A stretch of 63,279 nucleotides of DNA, filler included, from Octopus bimaculoides (lineage: Eukaryota): assembly GCF_001194135.2 (NCBI RefSeq). It is 5 parts of 5 records of this genome, joined end to end, with 100 filler letters (N's around TTAATTAATTAA, not from the genome) between each part and the next. Parts side by side here need not be neighbours in the genome. Positions count along the whole stretch, not along the records: positions 1 to 6,854 come from NC_068989.1; positions 6,955 to 23,016 come from NC_069003.1; 3 more parts are not named here. One strand, given 5' to 3'. Shown here one piece after another: positions 1-11,770 of the stretch; positions within the stretch are counted from its first letter, which is position 1, and the number at the start of each line of letters is the position of its first letter. The position numbers and the translations under genes are program-made. Under the pieces are notes generated by a model. That model searched no databases. It was not told where the DNA came from and saw nothing but the letters and a program-made list of their open reading frames with translations.

Positions 1-180
1 AAAGACAGATGAAATACCGCTAAGCATTTCGCCCGGCGTGCTAACGATTCTTATTTCTTTATTGCCCACAGGGGGCTAAACATAAAGGGGACAAACAAGG
101 ACAGACAAAGTGATTAAGTCGATTATATAGACCCCAGTGCGTAACTGGTACTTATTTAATCAACCCCGAAAGGATGAAAG
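1..180 (-). mobile_element. Partial composite (dimeric) tRNA-derived SINE, family G
   Basis: Near-identical to 48798-48977, including the monomer junction gtgctaacgattc|ttatttcttt at 50/51. Confidence 0.85.
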
Positions 181-385
181 TCCTTGGGGAGGTTCAGCGT
201 GACACAGCATGTGACAAGGCTGACCCCCTTAAATTACAGGTACAATTCATTTTTGCCAGCTGAGTAGAATGGAGCAATGTGAAGTAAAGTGTCTTGCTCA
301 AGGACACAACGCGCCACCAGGAAGCGAACTCACGATCGTAAGATCGTGAGTTGAATAGTCTAACCACTAAGCCACGCGCCTTCAC
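181..385 (-). mobile_element. tRNA-headed SINE (head1 + tail B), 3' truncated
   Basis: Minus strand gives A box gtggcttagtggtta, a B-box-like motif and core gtgtccttgagcaagacacttt; homologous to 38990-39311. Confidence 0.85.
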
Positions 386-391
386 ATGCAC

Positions 392-434
<43 letters not shown>

Positions 435-540
435 TGTATGTATGTATGTATGTATGTATGCATGCATGCATGCATGTATGCATGTATATATGTATGTATG
501 TTTGTATGAATGTGTATATATATATATGTGTGTGTGTGCA
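386..540. repeat. Compound (CA)n/(TATG)n microsatellite
   Basis: Direct reading of the sequence. Confidence 0.95.
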
Positions 541-1215
541 TTACATGCTGGTTGTTAGTTCCTCAAGAAGCACTCAATTCCTAATGGCCCTTCCTAAGAG
601 CCCAGAGCTTCTGGATAAACGTATCTACGCGTAAACCTGAAAGTAAATCACTTCGCTAAAACAGAATCAGTTATGGCGGTTGTTTCCGGTAAATTTAAGC
701 ATGACGCTAATATCAACGACAAGTGTAGCTTTTATTAAACTGGTGGACGTTACACGACAAAATTTTGAAGATTATGCTTTTGCTGTCTAAATGTAAAAGA
801 TAGATTTAAAAACCTAATGGACATATGAATCAGTGAGGCGGCTCATATCTGAGATTCCAGTGAAAATGTCGATCATGTCACATATCGGTAGAAAATATTT
901 CACGTGATCGGCAACCGTGTGCATATATCATTAAGATGCTATACTGCGATACGGTGTGATGCTGCAGCGAAGCCGATACATAATGTCGTCTGTAAGCAAG
1001 ACTGCTCTGGGATAAACACAGAAAAACTGTTCTGATGTTGAGAACATTCGCATACAAGGAATATTGCTGGAATATTCTCGTCATTAATTCTGCCAAATGC
1101 AAACATAACAAAACTGATACAGCTGAAGCGTTTGAGACAATAAAGAAAAATTATGTACAGTTATGGAGGTCAGCTGACCTAAGATGGGAGCATTTGTTAC
1201 ACAATCAAGAATGGA

Positions 1216-1785
1216 GACGCGGGCGTGGCTGTGTGGTAAGATGTTTGCTTCCTAGCCACGTGGTTCCGGGTTCAATTCCACAGTGTGAAACCTTGGGCAA
1301 GTGCCTCCTACTATAGCCTTGGGCCAACCAAGGCCTTGTGAGTCGATTTCGTAAACGGAAACTGAAAAAGCCCATCGTGTATGNNNNNNNNNNNNNNNNN
1401 NNNNNNNNNNNNNNNNNNNNNNNNNNNNNNNNNNNNNNNNNNNNNNNNNNNNNNNNNNNNNNNNNNNNNNNNNNNNNNNNNNNNNNNNNNNNNNNNNNNN
1501 NNNNNNNNNNNNNNNNNNNNNNNNNNNNNNNNNNNNNNNNNNNNNNTATGTATGTATGTACGTGTGTGTGTATGTATTTGTTTGTCTGTGTTTGTCCCAC
1601 ACCATCGCTTGACAACCGATGTTGGTCTGTTTACGTGCCCGAAACCTAGCGACTCGGCAAAAGGGACCGACAGAATAAGTACTAGGCTTACAAAGAATAA
1701 GTCCCGGGGTTGATGTGTTCGACTAAAAGGCCGTGCTCCAGCATGGCTGCAGTCTAAAGACTGAAACAAGAAGAATAAAAGAAAA
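1216..1785 (+). mobile_element. SINE family A (tRNA head, CORE-like box, internal microsatellite, tail ending gactgaaacaag-aaaaga)
   Basis: Head gtggctgtgtggtaag...ggttcaattcc, box ccttgggcaagtg, internal TATG/TG tract partly in a gap; matches 41350-41760 and 60948-61280. Confidence 0.9.
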
Positions 1786-1801
1786 AGGAATACATTTACA
1801 T

Positions 1802-1838
<37 letters not shown>

Positions 1839-2569
1839 TACATACACACGCAGACACACAGACATACACACACATACACACACATACACACGCTGACACA
1901 CACATTTGTGCAGATACGTGTGTAGGTATTATATATATGTATCTTATATATATCGGAATGAGCCTAAGTTTATTATTTTTCAATAGTAATAACACATTTT
2001 TTTATATCTGAAATTCATTCGTTTTGCATCTGCAGCCATGTCGTTGATACTCAGCCGCATAATTGTATAAATTCTGTTAATGTTTAAACACATACATGTT
2101 ATAAAGAACCCATTAAAGTACAGACATATTCATATCTATATAGGTCTATTACTCTATAGATAAATACATGTCTTTATATAGATTTATCAATATATCAATA
2201 AATATTCATTCATTTTTTTGTTACTCTGATTCCTATTACGATCATACCAGAAGCGGTTTTATTATAAATGGATGATATATGCTCGAATTAATTCTAAATA
2301 ATATTTTACGAATATTTATTTGTCTATAACTCATGCGACAAAGCACCACTTTCTCCCTCTTCCTCAATTTTTGATGAAAAGCAATTATCTGAAACGTCAG
2401 ATTATTTGTTCTTTACTTTAACCCGTTTTGAAGAATTCTCTGCTATGAACGGATTGTTATCGACTTTACAAAACATCACGTGTTTCCTCGAATTCCGCAG
2501 TTTTTTTTTTTTAATCTTAGAAATGCTTCTAGTCTTGTTCAAAAATTCTCATTGAACTATGGTAGATTT

Positions 2570-2645
2570 CTTCTTATACTTGTTACCTGTACTGGATTGC
2601 GGCCATGCTGGGGCACAAACTTGAAGGGTTTAGTCGAACAAATAT
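2570..2645 (-). mobile_element. SINE family A tail fragment
   Basis: ttgcggccatgctggggcac...tttagtcgaacaaat is the reverse complement of the family A tail. Confidence 0.7.
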
Positions 2646-3010
2646 ACGTATATATAGATGTGTATACATCTGTATGTATGTGTATGTATGCATGTATACA
2701 TGTAGATATGTATGAATGTATGTATTTAGGTATGTATTTAGGTAGGTAGGTATGTATGCATGCATGCATTTATGTATATATATTTAATATGCATGCATGT
2801 ATGCATGCATGTATGCATGCATGTATGTATGTATGTATATATGTGCGTATATATGTATGTATGTATGTATATATGTATGCATGGATGCATGCATGTATGT
2901 ATGTATGTATGTATGTATGCATGCATGCATGCATGCATGTATGTATGTATGTATGTATGTATGTATGTATGTGTGTATGTATGTATGTATGTATGTATGC
3001 ATGTATGTAT
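2646..3010. repeat. (TATG)n/(TGCA)n compound microsatellite
   Basis: Direct reading; accounts for the overlapping MY/HT ORFs. Confidence 0.95.
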
Positions 3011-3174
3011 TTTTTTTTGCTGATTGAGTTTACTTTCCGGTTTTAATACAACGGGTTTTGCAGAATCATTTTCCGTTCATTTTTTCTCAAGATGTTTTGC
3101 AGATGTGTATTGTTCCATAAATGGCAGCTGTCTTTGTGTAGGAATCACAGAAGAACGTTCTTTCTCCTGAAATA

Positions 3175-3505
3175 TAAACTCTGCATTACACTGTCGTGTA
3201 CGAAGATGACTTCAAAAGCGAATATTTTAACCACCATCTCTCTTTCAGGCACATACAGAAAAAGAATCGCCCGATACTTTCACACTATATCTGGAAGCTG
3301 AAGGAGAGCGCTGTACCACACGCCGTTAAGTGGAGCATTGCTGAAAGACCATGGCTATACATCAAAGGATGAAAGAAATGCAGACTTTGTGTAGCTGAAA
3401 GAACACTAATCCTCATCAGAGAATGACACCGATTATCTATACTCGAGGTCAGATATATTTACAAGATGTATGCATCTAGACAAACTTATGTTGTCAGACC
3501 TGACT
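3175..3505 (+). pseudogene. Degenerate C-terminal GIY-YIG endonuclease region of a Penelope-like retroelement
   Basis: Manual translation from 3211: FKSEYFNHHLSFRHIQKKNRPILSHYIWKLKESAVPHAVKWSIAERPWLYIKG*KKCRLCVAERTLIL, then frameshift to SRSDIFTRCMHLDKLMLSD. Fits the PLE pattern FK.RY.NH..SF..LS.YIW.LK..WSI..C.LC..EK..R.E...C.H..K.LL. Confidence 0.8.
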
Positions 3506-4624
3506 TTCTGGTCAGGGTAGACAAACAGTAACCTTTCTCAGCCAACCATGGTTCTAACATTCACCCGTTACCACATCTATACACTGAGGACTTACAAGTT
3601 TAATAGTCACACATATATTCCCAAAGATAAAACATTATTTCACTCAACATCAACAGAATTCTGCCTGTATTTGTTGACATTTTGTCATATACTCAACTCT
3701 CATGTCTTCATTAAAGGAACATAAACTAGCTTCCAGGGACAGAATTGTCTCCTTCTCGTATTTTTACGTTCTCCCCATATATTGTTACTGAACTTGAATA
3801 ATTGTTGCATCTTACACGATACGCCTATATAAGCGCGACCGAATATTGTACTTTACGAGTATAAAACTCGAAGACGTTCACCTGCAGCTTCTATGTGTGC
3901 CTGGTTGTACACACACACACACACACACATGCATGCATACACACGCACGCACATCCATCCATCCATCCATCCATACATACATACATACACGTGCTTTTGT
4001 TCTGCATGTGTTAACATTGCGTAAGGAAGTGTTCTGAAAAACCGTTGTAGATTCGCATTCAAATGCATTATGAGCACCCACTGTAGATGCAGATGATGCA
4101 CAATACAGAAACACACACACACACGCATATCAAATGCATAATATGCATATGGATCTCCATCGGTTGCGACGATGCGAATTCAGTTGTCCAAGTTGTCATA
4201 TATATACCGTTTGGAGGATGTTGAAGAGGTGTCCGTTGATGGGTTCAGTGCAGGATAAGCTTTCAGTGTTTGGGTTGGGTTGCTTGTGAATGACGCAACT
4301 TGGCTGCGGAGAGTTAAGGGAGGAATGATTACCAAAACCATCTTCATAGAAGTGGGTGTTATNNNNNNNNNNNNNNNNNNNNNNNNNNNNNNNNNNCATG
4401 AACGTGGTATATATATATATACATACATACATACATTCATATGTATGTATGTGTGTGTGTGTGTGTGTTTGTGTATGAATACATGTATACATCCCTGCTT
4501 TACATATTTGTGTATGTATTTGTGTGTACATGATACCTATGTATCTATGCAGTCAATGCATTATGTATGTATGCGTGCGTGTGTATGTGTGTATATGTGT
4601 GTGTGTGTGTGTGTNNNNNNNNNN

Positions 4625-4704
4625 GTATGTGTATGTGTGTTGCGTGCGTGCATGCGTGTGTAAGTGCTTGTGTGCGTGCATGCGTGCATGAGTGTGTATG
4701 GGGC

Positions 4705-4735
<31 letters not shown>

Positions 4736-5080
4736 GGATGTCTGTGTATGTGTGTGTGCATGTATGTGTGTATCATGTATGTGAATAAGAATGCATGTGT
4801 ATGCAAACTGCGTGTGTGTGTAGGATATCTCTCTATATGTGCACATATACATATGTGTACGCCCGCATGTGTGTGTATGTGTGTGTGTGCGCACACGCGT
4901 TTGTGCGTGTACGTGCATGAACGTGGTATATATATATATACATACATACATACATTCATATGTATGTATGTGTGTGTGTGTGTGTGTTTGTGTATGAATA
5001 CATGTATACATCCCTGCTTTACATATTTGTGTATGTATTTGTGTGTACATGATACCTATGTATCTATGCAGTCAATGCAT
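4625..5080 (+). repeat. Left arm of a diverged inverted repeat of complex microsatellite sequence
   Basis: Unique anchors (catgatacctatgtatct, gctttacatatttgtgtatgtatttgtgtg, gtgcatgaacg, gcccgcatg region) recur reverse-complemented at 6010-6545. Confidence 0.75.
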
Positions 5081-5104
5081 TATGTATGTATGCGTGCGTG
5101 TGTA

Positions 5105-5136
<32 letters not shown>

Positions 5137-5764
5137 CGTGTGTGTGTGTGGTGTCACACAGCCCGGCCTCTGTAGACTAAGTGAAATGGTGTCAACCGAG
5201 GGAAGGAAATTGGTTGGAGGTTGTTATCAGAAAGGTCATCAGAGTAATGATGACATCACACACACACACACACTGAGATAACAACCTGTAGCGGTGGTGG
5301 TAGATGGCGCTAGTGATAGAGATATCGCTGCTGTTTATGGTATTGGTGATAGTGGTGCTGGTGGTGCTGGTGATGGCAGTGGCGGTGTTAGTAAATGGAG
5401 CTGGTTATCGCTGCTGTGGATAATATTGCTTCATGGTGCTTGTAGTAAATGTGGCAGTTGCAGAGGTGGTGGGGAGACGATGGTGGTGGTGGTTGTGGTG
5501 GTGCGGGGGTGGGGTGGGGGATGGTGCTTCTGGTTCTGCTGTTCCTTGTTATACTGGTGATGATGATGATGATGATGGTTGATGTGTTTGGTGGTTGAGA
5601 TACTCTATGGCTGACAGCTACGTTACAAGCGGAGAGGTGCGTGGAACTTATGTAGGGGGGTGCGAGAAACAATGGGAGAGGTTGCGGAGGAATGATGGTG
5701 AAGAGGAGATGAAGATGTAGGGATGATGATGATGATGGTGATGATAATGATGAGACCATGCTAA

Positions 5765-5935
5765 AAATATCCAGTCTCCATCCCACAAAAGACAACTGGA
5801 ACAGCTTTAAAATGGTAGAAAAATCTTTAGTTAAATCGATGAAGAAGGCTAACAATGGTTTCATGCTGAGAAATATCTCTACAATTATTGAAGCCAATCA
5901 CATAGAAAAATTGGTATTCCTCTCCATATTGGACA
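5765..5935 (-). pseudogene. Non-LTR retrotransposon reverse transcriptase fragment (I/Jockey- or RTE-like)
   Basis: Translation MERNTNFSM*LASIIVEIFLSMKPLLAFFIDLTKDFSTI resembles the RT motif LA.F.DL.KAFD.V. Confidence 0.6.
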
Positions 5936-6009
5936 CGCATACACACACACGCACACGCGCACACACGCACACACACACACACACACTCACACACACACAC
6001 ACACAAAGC

Positions 6010-6233
6010 ATTGAATTATACACAGATACATAGGTATCATGTGCACACAAATACATACACAATATGTAAAGCAGAAATGCATACATGTATTCATATATAC
6101 ACAAATACACACCATGTATACACATATGCATATATATATATGTATGTGTGTGTGTGTGTATATATATATGTATGTGTGTGTGTGTGTATATATATATGTA
6201 TGTGNNNNNNNNNNGTGTGTGTGTATATATATA

Positions 6234-6299
<66 letters not shown>

Positions 6300-6545
6300 G
6301 ATATATATACTGCGTTCATGCACACACACACAAAGACGCGTGCGCCCGCATGCACACACATATACACACACACGCAGCTTACATACACGTGCATACTCAT
6401 TCACGCACATGATACACATATGCATGCACACACACATATACATAAATCCTATACACATACACATGCAGCCGTATACACGCTCATACACGCATGCACGCAC
6501 ACATGTTCTTACACACGCACGCACACAACACACATACACATGCAC
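6010..6545 (-). repeat. Right arm of the inverted repeat
   Basis: agatacataggtatcatgtgcacacaaatacatacacaatatgtaaagcag and cgttcatgcac pair with the 4625-5080 arm. Confidence 0.75.
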
Positions 6546-6576
6546 AAATTCACACACAGACACATACACATGTATA

Positions 6577-6782
6577 TAGTAACCCCTCGACTATCGCGGG
6601 TGTTACGTTCCAAAACCTCCCACAGAAATAATTAAAATCTAAAAAAATATAAATACCTATCGGTCGCAGAAACCCGCGATATAATGAGGAGTGCGCGATA
6701 TAAATTTACATATATTAGCCAGAAAAATCCGCGATGTACTGAATGCGCGATAGGTGAACTGCGATATGGCGAGGGATTATTG
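6577..6782. mobile_element. Tigger/pogo-like MITE
   Basis: Imperfect TIRs tagtaacccctcgactatcgcg / cgatatggcgagggattattg, TA on both flanks, internal ccgcgata repeats. Confidence 0.8.
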
Positions 6783-6807
6783 TATATATATATATATACA
6801 CATATAT

Positions 6808-6854
6808 CGTGGCACTCCGTCGGTTACGACGTCGAGGGTTCCAGTTGATCCGAT
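6808..6854 (-). mobile_element. SINE tail B terminus, cut by a gap
   Basis: ggcactccgtcggttacgacgtcgagggttccagttgatccgat matches 38990-39030 and 42195-42240. Confidence 0.8.
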
Positions 6855-6954
6855 NNNNNNNNNNNNNNNNNNNNNNNNNNNNNNNNNNNNNNNNNNNNTT
6901 AATTAATTAANNNNNNNNNNNNNNNNNNNNNNNNNNNNNNNNNNNNNNNNNNNN
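6855..6954. other. Artificial 100-bp scaffold spacer N44-TTAATTAATTAA-N44
   Basis: Identical geometry at 23017-23116, 42523-42622 and 52563-52662; the palindromic 12-mer has stops in all six frames. Confidence 0.95.
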
Positions 6955-7007
<53 letters not shown>

Positions 7008-7326
7008 ATGTGAATGTGCGTGTGTGTGTAATGGGGCGACAGATGAGGTGAGATAACGATTTGATTGGTTGGTTATTTGGTTAGTTGGTTGGTGGTAGTG
7101 GTGGTGGTGGAGGTGAGTTGGCAGGGTTGATGTTGTTGTTGTTGTTGTTGTTGCTGCTAGTAAATGATGAAATAGTGACAGAAAGAGACTGGGAAATGGA
7201 GAGAAGGAGACCAATAAATTATAGCCAGACACAACTGTAACCTCCCAAGCATTCGCAGACATAACGTGGTTTTGATATACAAGCTTCAAATAGATAAAGC
7301 TAACAGGTATCACGTGNNNNNNNNNN

Positions 7327-7585
7327 AGGATCGTGGTTTCGATTCCCAGACCGGGCGTTGTGTGTGTTTATTGAGCAAAAACTCCTAAAGCTCCACGATG
7401 CTCCGGCAGGGGATGGTGGCGACCCCTGTTGTACTCTTTCGCCCCCAACTTTCTCTCACTCTTTCTTCCTGTTTCTTGAGTAACGCTGCGATGGACTGGC
7501 GTCTCGTCCAGCTGGGGGAGCACATACGCCTTAGAAACCGGGAAACCGGGCCCATGAGCCTGGCTAGGCTTTAAAAGGGCGCATG
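7327..7585 (+). mobile_element. SINE (head2 + tail C)
   Basis: B box ggtttcgattccc; body ctccggcaggggatggtggcg shared with 42420-42522; tail gaaaccgggcccatgagcctggctaggctttaaaagggcgcat shared with 34265-34362. Confidence 0.85.
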
Positions 7586-7607
7586 AAATAAAAATAAAAA
7601 CAACTTA

Positions 7608-7872
7608 AAGGCACGTGGCTGAGTGGTAAGGAGATTCGGCTCACGATCCTATGTTTGTGAGTTCGATTCACGACGGCGTGTGTCGTGTCCTTAATCGGTA
7701 TCGGTGTGGTTACGACCCTGTAACTTAGCGGTTCGACAAAAATAACCCATAGAATACGTATCAGGTTTTACAAATAAGTACTGGGGTCGATTCACGCGAC
7801 TAAAGAAGAAAGCTCTTGCGGGTGGTGCCCCAGTATGACCGCAGTCTAATGCCTGAAACAAGTAAAAAGATA
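7608..7872 (+). mobile_element. Chimeric SINE: head1 fused to family A tail
   Basis: aaggcacgtggctgagtggta...gagttcgattc...gtgtcctt joins gtaacttagcggttcg...ggggtcgatt...ctgaaacaagtaaaaaga. Confidence 0.75.
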
Positions 7873-8149
7873 ATGAATGACAGACAATAGTCGGATTGTG
7901 TTGGGTATTGAACCCTTACCAATCAGTTAAACGGCCCTTTTTTTTTTTAGATGTGTATTTGAGAGCTAATCTAATGTGAACCTGACTTGGGTTTCCTTTA
8001 TAGGGCTGAAGGACAGTTTAAGGGGGTTTTAGTACCAGGGTATCTAAGGAAGCATTGTGATATGTAGGAAGAAGCTTTGGGTAATGTGATGTATTTGGGT
8101 GTCACCACGAGAGATGTTCAGAGAGGTCGGCGCCTGATGGTTGTGGTGA

Positions 8150-8560
8150 TAATGAAGCTGTTAATTATGTGTTAATTGTATCGTATATGTAATTAAATGA
8201 AGGTATTAATTGTGCGTTAATTAAATTTTATGAAATTGAAAAATTTAGTTGAGTGTGTAAGCGAGTTGTATGTAATTAAAAGGAAATTTCAGCCGTGTTA
8301 ATTAAATTTTATGAGGGTTTTATCTCCGTGTTAATGATTTCATACGTAATTAAATGGCGGTTTAAGTTGCGTTGTGTCACAGACAATTTAATGATGATTT
8401 CAGTTGTCCTTATTGAGATGTTTGTCATTAAAGGAAGATATTTGTCTGGCAATCATGGGATACGTAGTGGAATGGAGAAGGTGTTAGCTGTGTGTTAATT
8501 GAGTGCTATATAATTAAAAAGTTTTAACTGTGTGTTAATTGAATCATATGTCATTAAATG
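8150..8560. repeat. Degenerate minisatellite, unit about 35-45 bp
   Basis: Alternating gtgttaatt and (ta)tgtaattaaa motifs recur about 6-8 times. Confidence 0.6.
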
Positions 8561-8839
8561 TACTTTTTTTCTGTGTCCCTGCTAATACATCGAGATAACT
8601 CTGATTGTTCATAGTCTGGTGTCTTTTAAGTGGATTTAGCTACTATTTCAAACTTGTTGTGTGATCAGGTATAGTCTTTTTCTCAGCAGAGGGCACTAGT
8701 GTATTTAGTGTGCTGGTTGTCGTTTGGTCAGAGGTCGGATTCTAGTTGAGTAAATCTTTGATTAAATATACTCCACCCGCGACCACCTGACCTGCTCTTT
8801 TATTTCTACATCGTTATCCATTCTATCATTCTTTCCTTG

Positions 8840-8905
8840 AAGACAGTAGGATGTGAGGTGGGGGATATTTGGCTGTTATTTCTAGCAGGTCGAGAGATCC
8901 TGCTA
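8840..8905 (+). mobile_element. Family H repeat tail fragment
   Basis: gatatttggctgttatttctagcaggtcgag is homologous to the reverse complement of 27486-27530. Confidence 0.55.
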
Positions 8906-8907
8906 GC

Positions 8908-8910
<3 letters not shown>

Positions 8911-9004
<94 letters not shown>
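8911..9004. repeat. (CT)n microsatellite
   Basis: Direct reading. Confidence 0.98.
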
Positions 9005-9005
<1 letters not shown>

Positions 9006-9810
9006 GAATAATTTTCTCTGTCTGCCATACGCTGCCACTCTCTACTTCAGTTATAACACATCTCTCGGCGATACAAACAACTACCAAATGGACGTATTGT
9101 CACTAATTAATCTAGGACTGAACGTTGAATACATGTTTACACGATCATATTTTGAAAAAAAAGAAGCAAAACGTATCGAAACAAAGAGTTCTCGTATAAT
9201 AAAGAACAAATATGTGACAAATCCTGGTGAGAATCGAACCAACGTTGTCTTTTCGTGTGAGAACATTGAATAAATCACGTTTCCCTGCAATCAAAGAGCT
9301 AAGCAAGATATAGTTTCAGTTTTTCGCTAAAGAAATGTGTTCAGTTTTCTTCTTATTATTTTTATTAATTGAGAATGAGAAATGTGTAAATGACATAGTG
9401 CACGAGTGTGCGTGTGCATGTATATACGTGCTTTGAAAGAAGGTTTATGTATGCCGAAGTATGTATGTGTCAGTGTTTGTCTGCATACGTGTATATATGA
9501 ATTTGCGTGAGTATAAGAGTTTGTTTGTGTGTGTATAATTTTGTGCACGCAGCATAACTGATGCCTTCCGACGTGAATATCATTTTTATTTACTTGTTTA
9601 TGTATCCAGCTATCTACCTGTATAATTACCTATCAATCTACCTTCTTCCCTTTCTACAAAGCTAGCTACCGAGCCAGCTTGAGAAATAAAGAGCTCTAAA
9701 TATATATCTCTTAGCTGTTAGAAAATATTTACATATATTGCTTTTCTATCTATATATAAAGGTTTACTTATGTATTTCTATCTCTCTAGGTAGCAACTCC
9801 TCTATATATA

Positions 9811-9863
<53 letters not shown>

Positions 9864-11690
9864 AACAGAAGGAAGAAAACATTAGAAATTTATGTTTGCA
9901 GTTTCAAATTTCGTTAGACGACCGAAGACAGAATCGCGAATGACATAAAAATTCTCGAAAATAATGATTCTGGAGAAGTGATAGAATGTTTTGTTTGGTT
10001 TTCCTCATTTTGCTGGTTTGCATTAAAACATTCTTATTTCTCCCCTCCATTGTTGCTAGTTTACTTTCAGTTTACAGGTTTAACGAGGACGTTGAAACTC
10101 TGTCAGTAGAGACGCAAACTGATCCGGGAGTTTCTGCACATTTTCCATGACTACTTCTATGTTTCCCTCTCCTGTATCAGCAACAGCGTCCATTGATATT
10201 AATATCTCTCTAGTTCAAGATTGTTGAACTAGATGGAATTCATGAATATTCATCGAAAGAAGACACGTGTCTGCTGCTGTCAAATTAATCCTGTAGATTA
10301 TACCAATGAGACATGATTGAAATAGTTCCATGCTAATGTATTCTAGCTGACCCCACCAGAAAGGTGTCATACGGTGAATTGATTGACAACCCATGTGTGT
10401 GCGTGTGTGTGTGTGTGTGTGTGTGATGAATTTTTCAATCTTTGCTGAACATAGGAAAACATATTGTAGGCAGTCAGACATTCAATAGGTTTTAGTACAG
10501 CACTTTGCTGCATCTGGGCCGCGCAGAATTTGACGTTGGCACCTACTTGGGTTAGAGAATCATAAGAGGGCTTTTTAATGCCATATTGGCACCATTGTCG
10601 TATTCTTAACTCTTGTAAGCTTCCAAGGGAATACCATTTTGATTCAATGCCTCTTTATCAGGTTTCCAATTCCAGAACCTGTTTTCTTGCAATAATCGTC
10701 AAAAGATAGAAATCTTTTTAACTTTTAAACTCCCAAAATATACATTGATGGTAAAATATGATAAAGTGCTTTGGTTTGACATGTACAAAATAAGTTGCAG
10801 TGAATATCCTTTTGCCTTTTTCTCATTTTAAAAATGAGACTCAAGCGAAGAGAGACAAATCCATCTTGTTATTCATCTGACAAATAATGTACTTTCAACC
10901 TTTCTACTTCCTCCTGGCTTTCTCTGACCTTGGCTGGGGTTTCAAGTACGGGGTGTCAATCAGAGAAAAGTTCAACCAGGCCAAGGAACATTAGTATTCT
11001 GAACATTGCCAATCAGAAGATAGATACTACAGAATGCAAACTCGCTTTATATAATAATATATAATGCACTATCTAAAAATACCATAGTAATAAAATAATA
11101 TCACTTAAAGGGTAGAATGGTTCGGTTAGTCTCTTCTGCTAAAATCTTTTTATGGAGAAAATATTTTATGCAACTGTGTGTGGGAATCCATCGTTGAAGA
11201 TTTCTCCATGACACATAATTCAATTTATGCTCGTAACTAGATTCTTATTTAAGAAATCTGTCAAATAATACTCACCATTTTTCTGTGGTGGAAAATTCTG
11301 TTGTCAAAGTTGATACATTAACTTCACCAAAGACTCGACATGAGAAACAAAATATGTCAAGTTTCTTGATACTCCGCAGTAGCCAACTTCTCTCAGACAT
11401 TTTGGCATTTCATTCCTATCTCTACAGATGCCAACTGAAAAAGATTGTCGCTTGCTTTCTATTAGAAATGTTTCAGAACATGGACTATGTCCTATTTGCA
11501 AAGATATTTCAATGTTAGCAATTCTTTGTATGAATTTTTCAATATCACATTCCATCTTGTATTACGGATGTTGATTTTTGTTTACGTAGTTTGGTCTTAG
11601 GTTAGCGTCCTTTTGTTCACTTTTAGGGACTGCATCTTTGACCGCGGTTGCTCGTTTAAATTGGCAAAGTAACATACGCACACATATATA

Positions 11691-11770
<80 letters not shown>

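Noticed and set aside
640-1200. Possible hAT or other transposase remnant
   Set aside because: No recognisable motif in manual translation.
4397-4614. Exact duplicate of about 4917-5130
   Set aside because: Near-identical and bounded by N gaps on both sides; most likely a contig-overlap artefact.
6899-6910. TTAATTAATTAA repeated four times in the window as a possible biological motif
   Set aside because: Always centred in exactly N44-12-N44; an assembly linker with six-frame stops.
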